DNA of 63,960 bases from Rhina ancylostomus (lineage: Eukaryota). The DNA lies in contig JARFYF010000054.1 in assembly GCA_030265395.1 (NCBI GenBank), positions 15,064,359-15,128,318 on the forward strand. Reading direction: 5' to 3'. The position numbers and the translations under genes were made by a program. Below the pieces are notes generated by a model. It was not told where the DNA came from, did no database searches, and saw only the letters and a list, made by a program, of their open reading frames with translations. This document shows positions 35,451-46,990 of the stretch, piece after piece (the first letter of the stretch is position 1; the number at the start of each line of letters is the position of its first letter).

Positions 35451-36098
35451 GTGATTACCATAACTAAAATAATTAGCTTGAAAACTGTTTGAATATTTTA
35501 TTTCCTGGGTATTTTTGAAAGAGGCAATAAAGAGTGAGTTGTAGTTGACTTCTACATCCATGAGAATTGAACACTGGTATGTTCATTCAATAAGATTAGG
35601 CTTGGTAGAATAGGATGTTCATTTTTCAAAATGTTATTTGTTGACACCTGTACTTTTATATTTGTTGATATTTTTCTGAACTTGAAGTAAGTAGTAAAAT
35701 ACCACAATAAATTAGTATTGAATAAGGTTTCAAAACTTGAATTTTTTTTTATGATTGATCTAAAGTTTACAGTATCTTAGCCTAGAAAAGGGTTTTTCTT
35801 AAATTGAATTTCCCAGAAAAAGGAGTGATTTAAGACACTGTTGTGAGTTACAAACTCTTTTTTTAATTGTACATAAAATTCTAAGCAGAACAAATAATAA
35901 TATAGAATGTATGCCAATGAAAATTTGACCAGCATTCGCTTCAATTTTTGTTTTTTAATAACAAAAATATATAATTAAAAATACATCCCTTTTTCAGATA
36001 TGCAATACTGATCTGATCTAGAATAACTGTTTTCCATTGCATGTGAATGAGGATGGAGAAGTAGTAAAAATCTTCAATTTATTTTGTTTTTTTTATAG

Positions 36099-36258
36099 GT
36101 CAAAGCCCATTGCTGAAAAGCAACAAGCTTCATCATTTCATCCTTGGTCATTGCTACAATACCAATTGGGTGGAGTATGACACAACAGGTTGGTTGAATT
36201 ATGCAAAACAGAACCCTGCTACTCAAAATGCTGCCACCCTGCTTCAAGACTCTCAAAA
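36099..36258 (+). CDS. MYO18A: MYO18A E15 ([53 protein letters not shown])
   Basis: ttatag acceptor, gtaagt donor; 160 nt. Confidence 0.97.
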
Positions 36259-36416
36259 GTAAGTACTTTTCATTACAAAGAAATTGTTGTAGAGTTTGTA
36301 AGAAACAGTGTTGATGTATACAATTTTGATTTTTGTGAAGATTTTGAATTTTGATGTGATTTTCTGATATTTTTGTGTTATTATATAATTACAGTACAGT
36401 TGCATTCTTTTTTCAG

Positions 36417-36580
36417 GAAAATCATTAGCAATCTGTTTATGGGCAGAGCCGGAACTGTATTGTCTGGTTCAATTGCTGGCCTGGAGGGTGGATCCCAGCT
36501 TACTTTGAGAAGAGCTACAAGCATGAGAAAGACTTTCACCACTGGCGTAGCTGCAGTAAAGAAGAAATCAACGTGCATTC
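36417..36580 (+). CDS. MYO18A: MYO18A E16, loop-2 region; 3' end lost in N-gap ([12 protein letters not shown]...[24 protein letters not shown])
   Basis: tttcag acceptor; open frame runs into the gap at 36581-36590; donor not visible. Confidence 0.95.
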
Positions 36581-36589
36581 NNNNNNNNN

Positions 36590-37230
36590 NAAATTGGTTA
36601 CATCCTCTAGGAATGCTGTATTTATGATAAGAGTGGGTGCATGTTCATGGGGAAGACTTAGAAGTTAATGATTGTCTAAAGAATCATTTGATATCTATTC
36701 ATCTGCTGCTTATAACAGTTTTTCTTCTATGCAATACTAATTTGAATTGCTTTACACAATACTGCAATGTTTTAAAATCTCTGAGAATTGTGTAATTAAT
36801 TAGATCAATTAACTTTCAATGTTATGTTTTGGTAGGAAGTATAAGAAAAGGTAATTTGTACTACAGGGCACAATTTCAAAAGGGGTACAAAAATATATTT
36901 TAAATCATAAAGGGTATGGATGGAATAGAAAAGAGAAACTGTTCTCTTTGACAAAGAATAGGGAATATAGTATGAGAAGGATTGGCAAAGAGAACAAAAT
37001 TGATATGATTTAAAATTTTGAGACAGCAAGTGGTTACAAAACGCAGCAGTGGCTTTGCTAGAGTTAATGATGGCAGATTCAACTGTAGCATTCAAGAGGG
37101 AGCTGAATAAGTAACTGGTAGGAATGAATTTGCAAGGCTGTGGGGAGAGGGCAGGGCAGTGGGACTAGCTGGATTACATTGAGCAGATACAAACTCACTG
37201 AGCCAAATGGTGTCCTTCCATGTTCTTTGA
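36590..37230 (+). mobile_element. CR1 LINE 3' relic
   Basis: ataagggtatggatggaatagaaaagagaaactgtt...gcattcaagagggagctg...gagccaaatggtgtccttccatgttct tail; left boundary uncertain. Confidence 0.6.
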
Positions 37231-37711
37231 ATCTTAAAAGCTTTAGAGATTGCTTTAAAAAAAGTCAATAAGTTCTAACTTGGTAACTGGATTAAATTAC
37301 ATTTATTAATATTAATGTACAATAATCAAATTTGTTCATTTACAGATGGTAATTTTAGCTGTTTTTCTACTAATGCTGTACCAAATCCTTTTTCACTTTA
37401 ACTATTTGATGGATTTATAGTTTTTTTGCCTTATTTTTAATATAACTTGGTCAGAATTGTAAAATGCCACTTGTTATTAGAGAAGCTCTAAAAATAGCAT
37501 TAAAATTTTAATGTTTAAACTTCATGAGCCTCAAAACTATTTCTACAACATATTAAAGATTGCACTTGTACAGTTTGCCTTTTTTCATATGTTAAATTAT
37601 GTATTCTAAATTTGAATTCATAATCACAATATCAAAATTAATATATGTCTTGATTTTGCTAACAGAATGTGTTAATTTGATACATAGATTAATTCAGTTA
37701 TATTTTTGTAG

Positions 37712-37952
37712 GATGCGCTTATTGACACAGTGAAAAAGTCCAGGATTCATTTTATACACTGTTTGTTGCCAAAAACTAATGCCTTCACTGAAACAAAAGT
37801 GTCTCCAACCTCCTCTCTGAAGTCTGGAATCATAGAAACTGATGTCCAGACAGAAAATTTTGAAGCAGGTCTAATGCAGCTGGATGTACCACTTCTTCGA
37901 GCCCAGATTAGGGGCTGCAAACTTCTTGATGCTCTAAGAATATATAGACAAG
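37712..37952 (+). CDS. MYO18A: MYO18A E17 (DALIDTVKKSRIHFIHCLLP...LDVPLLRAQIRGCKLLDALRIYRQ)
   Basis: ttgtag acceptor, gtaggt donor; 241 nt. Confidence 0.97.
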
Positions 37953-38719
37953 GTAGGTTCTTTTCAATCACATATCATGTTGAGGAAATCTGTGTACAAT
38001 GTCTGTATAAAGAAAAAGTCCTTATAGTTTCTTAGTCACAGAAGTAAGCTATTTAGAAAGCATTGGCCTGGTTATTAATGTATGGTAGGAGTGGATGGCT
38101 TTGAATTTCTAGCAGGAAATTCAGAAGCCCAGACATTAGCATGTTTTTTTTTGTTTTGGTTGTCACCTGATTGGCTGGCAGTGGCTTGTTCTGTCTCCAC
38201 AAATTTTAAAAAAATTAAATCTCTCCAACCCATTTTCACTTTTAAAATTCACCCCTTTGTACTTGGTGACATGGCCTTGCACCTTATTGTCTACACTTTC
38301 ATTGTCTACACTGCACTTTCTCTGTAATTGTAACACTTTCTTCTGCATTCTGTTATTGTTTTCCCTTGTACTACCTCAATGCACTGTAGTAATGAAATAA
38401 CTTGTATGGAGGGCATGCAAAACATGTTTTTCACTGTACTTTGGTGCATATGACAATAAAAAAACAATTTACTAATTTAAACAGTGTATCATTTAAATGG
38501 ATGCAAACATTTAAAACATAGCGCTCCTCACGGTCAATAAGGTTAATAGTTATCTTACTGCTCAGAGTTCCTTATTTGCATAAACAAAATTCAAGCACAC
38601 CAATACCAGTTACTAATTATTCATCAAGCTCTTTGATGTTAGATGTTTTCATGTTTTGGAAATCATTTCTTTGCTTATGACCAAGAACTTTGTTTTGCCT
38701 TGATCTTGTCTCCCTTTAT

Positions 38720-39201
38720 CCTCAATCCAATGAAGTCAAAGTCAAGTTTATTGTCATATGTACAAGTACATGTGTGCACAAGTGCAATGAAAATCTTACT
38801 TGCAGTAGCATCACAGGCACATGGCATCAGATACGCAGCATTCACAAGAAAAACAAAAATTAAACACAATTTTTGCAAGAGAAAACATAATTAGACTAAG
38901 AAAAAGTCTATTTTTGTGCAGTGTGTTAAACTGTAGTGATTAGGGTTTTGCTGGTTGGTTCAAGAACTGAATCATTGAAGGGAAGTAACTATTCTTGAAC
39001 CTGGTGGTGTGGGACTTCAGGGTTTTGTACCTCCTGCCCGATGGTAGCTGAAAAAAGATGGCATGGCTTGGGTGGTGAGGATCTTTGATGATGAATGTTG
39101 CCTTCTTGAGGCAGCGCCTCCTGTAAATACTACCGATGGTGTGGAGGGATGTGCCCGTGATGTATTGGGCAGAGTCTACTGCTCTCTGCAACAACTTGTA
39201 T
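38720..39201 (-). mobile_element. Rex1/Babar-type LINE 3' fragment
   Basis: LQRAVDSAQYITG...IIKDPHHPSHAIFFQLPSGRRYKTLKSHTTRFKNSYFPS in ORF 38940-39194. Confidence 0.88.
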
Positions 39202-39949
39202 NNNNNNNNNNNNNNNNNNNNNNNNNNNNNNNNNNNNNNNNNNNNNNNNNNNNNNNNNNNNNNNNNNNNNNNNNNNNNNNNNNNNNNNNNNNNNNNNNNN
39301 NNNNNNNNNNNNNNNNNNNNNNNNNNNNNNNNNNNNNNNNNNNNNNNNNNNNNNNNNNNNNNNNNNNNNNNNNNNNNNNNNNNNNNNNNNNNNNNNNNNN
39401 NNNNNNNNNNNNNNNNNNNNNNNNNNNNNNNNNNNNNNNNNNNNNNNNNNNNNNNNNNNNNNNNNNNNNNNNNNTGACCATTTCAAGTCTGTTATCCTGA
39501 TGTTAGTGCTATTATAACCTCTAAAATAAAATAAATAATTTCTTGTAGCTTATTTTTAATTCCTTTTTCAGGATCTAGCATCAGTGGTAAGGCCAACAAT
39601 TATTGACTTTCCCTAGTTACTTTTGATAAGGTGGTGGTGAACAACAGCTGTAGATCACTGCTGTCTTTCTGTTGAAGGTTCTCCCAGACTAGTCCTTCGG
39701 ACATATATCAGGGGACTGGTATCTAAACTGAGAGTGCTGTCCTACAGACTAGTCAAGCAGTAGTCAAACATTGTTTGTAAGGATTGATGCTGTGAGTATG
39801 ACAATATGCTAGACTTCTCTTACACAGTCTCTCAGAATGCTTTCTGGCAAGACAGACCCACTAGGGATGACAGCACAGTGGTATACCAACAAGAGGCAGT
39901 AGCCCTTGGATTCCTGAGCATTGAGTCTAGACCCTGATGAAGTCTCATG

Positions 39950-42780
39950 GAATTACATTAAGCATGGGCTAGGAAACTTCCTTCTGACCTCCACTTACCA
40001 CCCTCCTTCAGCTGAGGAATCTGAACTCTCCACATTGAGTAACGCATGGAGGAAGCTTTGCGAGTAGAAGAGGCACAGAGTATACCCTGGGTGTGGGACT
40101 AAAATGTTCATCATCAGGGTTATGTTGGTAGTATTGGCACTGACTGAACTGTCAAGTCCTGAAATTTACAGCTACCAGATTGAGTCTGTGGAAAATAATG
40201 ATTGACCAACATGAGGGATAAACTTACAATTATCTTCACCAGTCAGCCTGTGGCTATGGCACCTGCCTATAATAGCAATGGTGGAAGTGACCACTGCTGA
40301 TGGAGTCAGCTGTGTCTTGACACTGAGAACACCATCCATCATATGTATGTTATATGGCACTACAATTGTTCTAAATGAAGTAAACTTGGAACAGATCTGG
40401 CTCTTCAAAACATTGGCATCCATGAGATACTGTGGACCATAATCAGGAGAAGAAATGCACACTACCACAGTCTGTAATCTCGTAGCCTGACATATTCCTC
40501 ACTCTACCATTGCTATCAAGCCAGGGATTGTGCAATCAAAAGATTGCTATCATCTCTTGTTCAACTTAGTAAAACAGGAACACAGGACGACATGTATATT
40601 GAACAGCATGCAATGGGCAGAGCTCAGTGGTTTCACAACCTATGGATTGGATTGAAGCTCTGCAGTCCTGCCACGTCTAGTCATGGCTGGTCGTGGATAA
40701 TTAAACAGCAGACAGGATGAGGAGGTTACAAGAACATCCACACCTTCAACAATGGCAAGGCCCAGCAAGTGAGTGCTGAAGGCAAGACTGATACACTCGC
40801 AACAATGTTTCACCAGATNNNNNNNNNNGATGTGCTCAAAAGGTGATCCAAATTGGTTTCTTCATGAGATTCTCACAGAAGCCAGTCTTCTGCCCATTTG
40901 ATTCACACCATAGGATATGAGGAAATCCTGAGAACACTGGATATCACAAAGGGTTTAGAACCAAACAGTACTTTGCTCCAGAGCTAGCTGTACCTCTAGC
41001 CATGCTGTTCCATCTCAATCATAATACTGGCATCACCTGGACATTGTGGAAAATTGCCCAGGTATCTCTTATTCACAAAAAGCAAGACTAATCCTAACCA
41101 GCTAATTACCTCACACTCAGTCATCAGTAAATTGATGGAAGGTGTCAAGAGATGAGGTTAAAGGGACTTCCTTTCGCATCAAGGTAGCATTTGACTAAGT
41201 GTAGCATTAAGGAGTGCTGGTAAATTTGAAGTCATGGAGAAAACATTCAAATGGTTGCAATCCTGTTTTGCATGAAGGAAGATAGTTGTGGTTGTTTCAG
41301 CTCCAGTACCGTGGGAGTTCTTCAGGGTATTGATCTCGGCCCAACCATTTTCAGTTATTTCATTAATGATCTTTCTTCAATGATAAAGTCAAAAGTGGGG
41401 ATGACTACCGATGATCAGTCTTCAATTTCATTTGCAACTGCTCAGCAAATGAACCAGTTGGAACTGATGCAGTATGACAATATTCAGGCATGGGCTGATA
41501 AGTTTAAAATAACATTAGCACTACAATGGTGCCAGACCTGACTACAAGAGAAGTCTAACCCTCTATTCCAAGCTCCTATCTTTGGGGGCAGCAGGATCAG
41601 AAACTCTGCTGGACCAGCTACATAAATACTGCAGCTCCAGAACTAGATCAGACTCTCTGGCTATAGACTAAATCTTAATAAGAGCAAACTTTTTCCATTG
41701 AATTTGCAAACCCCAATTTATAGGCAATTACCTTTTAGATTGGTAACAGACTATTTTATGTATTTAGGTGTTAAAATTACTCAGAAATATAAGGACTTAT
41801 TTAAAGCAAATCTATTGCCTTTAATTGACCATGTTAAACAATTATTCACTAAGTGGTCTCCACTGTCNNNNNNNNNNNNNNNNNNNNNNNNNNNNNNNNN
41901 NNNNNNNNNNNNNNNNNNNNNNNNNNNNNNNNNNNNNNNNNNNNNNNNNNNNNNNNNNNNNNNNNNNTATTGATTTGGGGTTTCTTTTTCTTTCTTTAAA
42001 AATTTATATAATAAATTTTTTCTTTCGTTTCTTTTATACCCTGTTGATTAAGTAAGAGATCGTTGGACCTTGTTTCTTTTTTATATTCTATTGTATGATT
42101 ATCTAAGAGTTGAGTGATATCCAGATCTCTTGTAGTGCATGTATCAACTTTGATGCTATATACTAATCAGTATTGATTTGAAAACTAACAAAAAAAAATT
42201 GAAGAAGCAGAACTAGATCAGAGACTGGATCTCCTGTGACAGGTGACCTATTTTACTGATACTGAAAAGGCTTTCTACCATCTATGAGGCACAAGTCAGG
42301 AGAGAGATGGAATACTCATCAATTGCCTGGATGAGTGCAGCTCCAATAACACTCAAGAAGCTAAACACTCTCGAGGGCAAATCAGGCTGCTAGATTGGTA
42401 TCTATTCACCACACTAAATGTTCATTTCCTACACCAGAGACACACAATGGCTGGAGTGTGTACCATCTGCAAAATTCAGTGCACTTGCTTGCTAGTGCTA
42501 CTTCAACAACATCACCCAAACTTGTAACCTCTATCCAAAGACAGGCAAGGGCAACAGGCACGTGGGAATACATGCAGATTGCCCTCCAAATCAAACATCA
42601 TCCTGATTTGGGAATATAATGCCAGACTTTCATCATCACTGGGTCTCACTGCCTCGCTATACAGTGGTAGCACCTTCCCCAGAAGGATTGCAGTGGTTCA
42701 AGAAGGTCATCACCACTGTCTTGAGGGCAGTTTGGAATGGGTAAGAAATGCTGGCCTTGCCATATGGATGTCAGATACCA
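39950..42780 (+). mobile_element. Long degenerate CR1/L2-group LINE, interrupted by an L1
   Basis: Decayed ORF2 motifs: ELAVPLA..., WKIAQV..IHKK, PANY, GVLQG..LGPTIFS.FINDL, YEAQVR..MEYS; 3' tail near 42680-42765. Confidence 0.75.
41653..42207 (+). mobile_element. 5'-truncated L1/Tx1-clade LINE with 15-bp TSD
   Basis: Stop-free SGYRLNLNKSKLFP...YLGVKIT...LFKANLLPL (L1 RT thumb-like); A-rich end; TSD CAGAACTAGATCAGA at 41638-41652 and 42208-42222. Confidence 0.88.
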
Positions 42781-42931
42781 AAAAATCAAATAGAAGATAG
42801 TTTATGTTTTTGTCCTTTTCATTTAAATCTTATTTATTGCATCAAAACAAAAATTTGCTTATATTTTTAATGTGAAATGGGTGCGCTTCTAAAATAAATG
42901 AGCTGTGTCTTTCTTTCTTTGCAACATATAG

Positions 42932-43041
42932 GCTACCCAGATCATATGGTGTTCTCAGAATTCAGACGGCGTTTTGATGTCCTTGCACCACATCTTACTA
43001 AAAAACATGGGCGGAACTATATTGTTACAGATGAAAAACGG
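42932..43041 (+). CDS. MYO18A: MYO18A E18, converter ([36 protein letters not shown])
   Basis: atatag acceptor, gtgagt donor; 110 nt. Confidence 0.98.
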
Positions 43042-44086
43042 GTGAGTTAATTGCGGCAATACTTTATAATTGAATGGCCTGGTACTCAAAGTTCATTTTC
43101 TCCAAAATGTTAAACCTTGCAAGCTTATGGGGATAGTGCAGCAACTGAGGTAGAAGATCAGAAATGGTTCATTGAAAGACAACATAGGCACGGGGGGTTG
43201 AATGGAACTGAAATGTTGTAATCCCTTTTTTGTCTTGGAAGTACATGTATTTGTTTTGCATAATCCAGGGAGGAAAAGTGCAAAGTTATAATTGTAGTTA
43301 TGTGCATTTAATAAAACTAAATTACTAGGGAAATTAGCTATATAAAAATTGATTTTATTGAAGTCTGTTGTTTCAGTTCTGTACTCGACTGTGGGACCAT
43401 GTATTGAGGAGGGTGATCAAATGTTGGGGAGTAGCCCTGAAGAGAGTAGGTAGCAGGGGTTGGCTGCCAGCCCTCTTGGAGAGAATGGAGAGCGAGCAGC
43501 TAAAGAGAGGGGCCAACAGAGGGATCAAGAGGGCAAGGAGAGCTAGGAGTGAAAGGGATGAGTGAAGGGGGAGGGAGCTGAGAAGGAGGGGTGTTGAAGG
43601 AGTGGGAGACTGAGGAAGGTAGTTAGAGGAAAGAAGATGGAAATAGGGAGATTGAAGGAGGAGGCAATCAGGATAGGGCTCGAAAGTGTGTGTGTCTGGG
43701 ATCAGAGTGTGTGCTTGTGCTTAATTAGCACAGATTAGCTTGGTCTTTAATCATCTTAGACTTTCTTGCCATAAGACCATGACCTTGTTATGTATTACCA
43801 TGTGGTAGAGAGCTGCAACAGCCAATCCATATTTAAAAGAATTCTTGCACAGGGATCTATCATGCCTCAGAACTGGAGCAGAAGCAAGACATCTTCGATC
43901 CTGAGGGAGAACCTAAGAAGAGTGTAAAAACAAGAGAATTTGATTGACTGAAAGTATTGGCTGACATTTTAACAAACTTCATAATATAAATTGTATTGTA
44001 ATATTTAATAATATCTTGCCTAATTTCAAAAAATGTTTTGAACAAGATTGTTGGAACAAATGAGTAGAGCAGTGGTGGAGTTTAAC

Positions 44087-44168
44087 CAACAATGCCCATT
44101 CATGTGGTACACTGTGTATTGACATTCAACAATGCCCATTCATATGGTGCATGTTTATTGACATTCAA
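44087..44168 (+). repeat. 40-bp tandem duplication
   Basis: caacaatgcccattcatRtggt...tattgacatt occurs twice with period 40. Confidence 0.85.
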
Positions 44169-45094
44169 ACAATAGATGAAGGTTGTTTTGGACTAGCAAG
44201 CAAATAGTGGCCAGGAAAATTAATACACAAGAGGTAATGCCCACATAAGGCAGGTACTTGCCACGTAATTAAGCTGATCACCGTGGCAACTAATGAACAC
44301 AGAATTCTTTTTAGTTTGCAGTGTTTGCATCTTCTATTTACAATGTAGCATTGTAAACCAACCACAAACAACGTTTTGCTAAACTTAAATGTTGAGTGCA
44401 GAAGCGTCACATATTCTTACTGTTTAAGTCATTGCAATTGTCTTTTTCACATTGGAGGCATTAAAGATGAAAGATTTCAAATGTAAGCATGTTTATCTGT
44501 TTATATTTTTAGTGAAATATGTGATTGTGCATAAGCTACTTAAAGTGAAACAGTACTGATGTATTACTGTTGTGTCTTGCACCTGTTCTGTAAACTGAAA
44601 TTTAAACATAGTCTAATTGTAATTTTTGCGTTGCATCAGAATAATCAATGAGAATGGTAATTATCTTAATTTTTAAACAGTCATAATTTACTATTAATTT
44701 ACTGTCCCAACGTTTTTGAGTCTAACTGCTGTCACCTCAAGTTAGTCTGATGGCAAGTATTGTTAAAGAGGCGGGTATACAGGCAGCACAACCTCCAAAG
44801 AATGGTGGCTGAATGCCATTTCATTTCTAATAACTCTAACTGCATTATGGATCTCCAAAATTAAACACTGATGCAGTTGGTGCAAATCCTGAGGAAGGCA
44901 TACAAAACCTCAAATGTGGTATTTTTATATTTGGAACCATGTTATTTGTTCACTGTTTTTTTAAGTAAAATTCTGCCATGGAAATATCATTTTAGAGAAT
45001 ATTCACAACAAATCATGAAGTAAAATTTGAGAAAAAATTAAGTATAGCATAGATGAAAATTATGTTCAATATGTGTTTCTTTTTTACCTTTTAG

Positions 45095-45160
45095 GCTGTA
45101 GAAGAGCTTCTGGAGTCTCTGGATTTAGAGAAGAGCAGTTATCACATGGGCCTTAGTAGG
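45095..45160 (+). CDS. MYO18A: MYO18A E19 (AVEELLESLDLEKSSYHMGLSR)
   Basis: ttttag acceptor, gtgagt donor; 66 nt. Confidence 0.96.
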
Positions 45161-46489
45161 GTGAGTAATTTGATTCATAAATTGACTTGTCTGTACAGGT
45201 TAATAGCTGGCACTTGTTCCAACAGTCAGAGGTTTTTGCCACATAGCCATTTGGGATGAAAGATGATTTTGTACATTTCTAAACTTCCTCTCAATCTTAT
45301 ATAGTGCCTCTCAGTATGTTCAAGTATAATGTTCATTCCATTTTCAATCTGTCACTTCCTCGCTTTCCTTATCTCTGCTCCCTTTGTCATTCTCCTGGTT
45401 CCCATTCTTGTATCTTAAAGAGTTTATCTTCATGCTGTTATGTACTGCAAAGTATGAAACTTTTTATGCTAATATACAGTGTACCATTCAGAGAGTGCTT
45501 CGCCTCCATGTAAAAAAATGCTAATTGGGATTTTTTTGAGTTTTGTTTTAAGGCATTTCAGTGATTTTAATCAGTTTATTAGTTTGTACTTAAGAAAAGC
45601 AATTTTTTTTTGATTCTGCAACAAATAATCTTTTGGACAAAAAATTATTCTGAAAAAATGTTGTTGAGAAATGTAAATGTCAGAATAGTCAGGAACATCT
45701 CTTTTAGATTTGTTATCTAATCTACAAAATTAAATTTAGGTTTACTGTAAAAATCTAGACATTAAAGCAAGTTACTTTTGTAGTCCACATGCCAACAGGA
45801 AACCAGAAACAAGTCACAAAACTATGTTGAATAAGCAGCCTGCAATTCAGAAAACTTTCAGTCTGTCATTTTCTCTGAAATCATTTGTAGGAACATCCAA
45901 GTGAAGTTGATCTAGTTGCAGTTTTTAGAATCTGTTTTGTATTTGAGTTTTCCCAAAAAAATGAATGGCAAGCTCACAGACATCTTAACAATCAGATTTT
46001 TGCTAAGAACATTTGTTCTCCTTGAGCACACAAGTCCCACATTTCCTCCATTCATTTACATGGAGAGAAAGAGCTGTGAGGGACAAACATAAATTCCAGT
46101 TAAATTATACTTCTTGATTTTTGTTTTGTTTTAAATTTTTTTCAATATTTTAAATAATTTAAATCTAGCATTGACACCAACTAGCATAGAATTGTCTTTC
46201 ACCTTAAGAGTGGAAATAATGGTCTCTTTTCTGTGTGTGACTTTCGACGTGAGGTCAGAGATTTATTCCTTCATGCTTTTACCAATGCTGTGGATTCTGC
46301 CCTGCCTCTGAATTTCGTCTCCATTGCAATCCTCACGCAGGTTCCCCAGAGCAGTACTAGTTGTGGACTGCCCCTCCAGAGATCTGCCACACTGGGTTTT
46401 CTTTGTCTCCTAACTGATTACAATCTCCTTGTACCAATGTGTCTCTTTCTTTAGCTATTATCTTCTATGCTCACTGTGTCAGTACCAGA

Positions 46490-46990
46490 GCTTGGTGGGG
46501 TTAGGTGCAAAAGTGACTAGCTGTCTTAACAGTAGTGATCCTGTAGGACACAATGTAAATCAAGAAATAATGAGAACTGGTGAGAAAGATAATACAATAA
46601 TCATATAGTTTGGACAAATCAAGTTGGTGAGGGGAACTTTGAGGATGAGTGTATTTGGGATTTTTTTGAGGGGGGGATTTTGTTTTAGGAGCAATGCATT
46701 GAGTAACTAACTAAGGAGTAAGCTATTTTGGATCTGGTGTTATTGCAATTAATGATCTCATTGATCTCATCCTAGGAAAGAGTGATCATAGCATTGTAGA
46801 ATTTTGAGTATAAATTTGTTTCAGATCAAAGTTGTGTCCTAAACTTAAAGGGAATTGCAATGATAGAAGCACAAAGATGTCTGCATTACACTGGGAAAAT
46901 AAAGGGCAAGATGATAAATCAGCAGTGCCAGACATTTAAAGAGATATTTCAGAAGTCTTGTCAAAGGTTTATTCCAACGAGAATGGCCAC
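46490..46990 (+). mobile_element. CR1 LINE endonuclease-region relic
   Basis: gctattttggatctggtgtta (AILDLVL) and ctaggaaagagtgatcat (LGKSDH). Confidence 0.7.

Noticed and set aside
43853-43946. Exon-like stretch after ttgcacag in the E18-E19 intron
   Set aside because: Stops within about 30 codons in all three frames, no myosin similarity, and E18 joins E19 cleanly without it.
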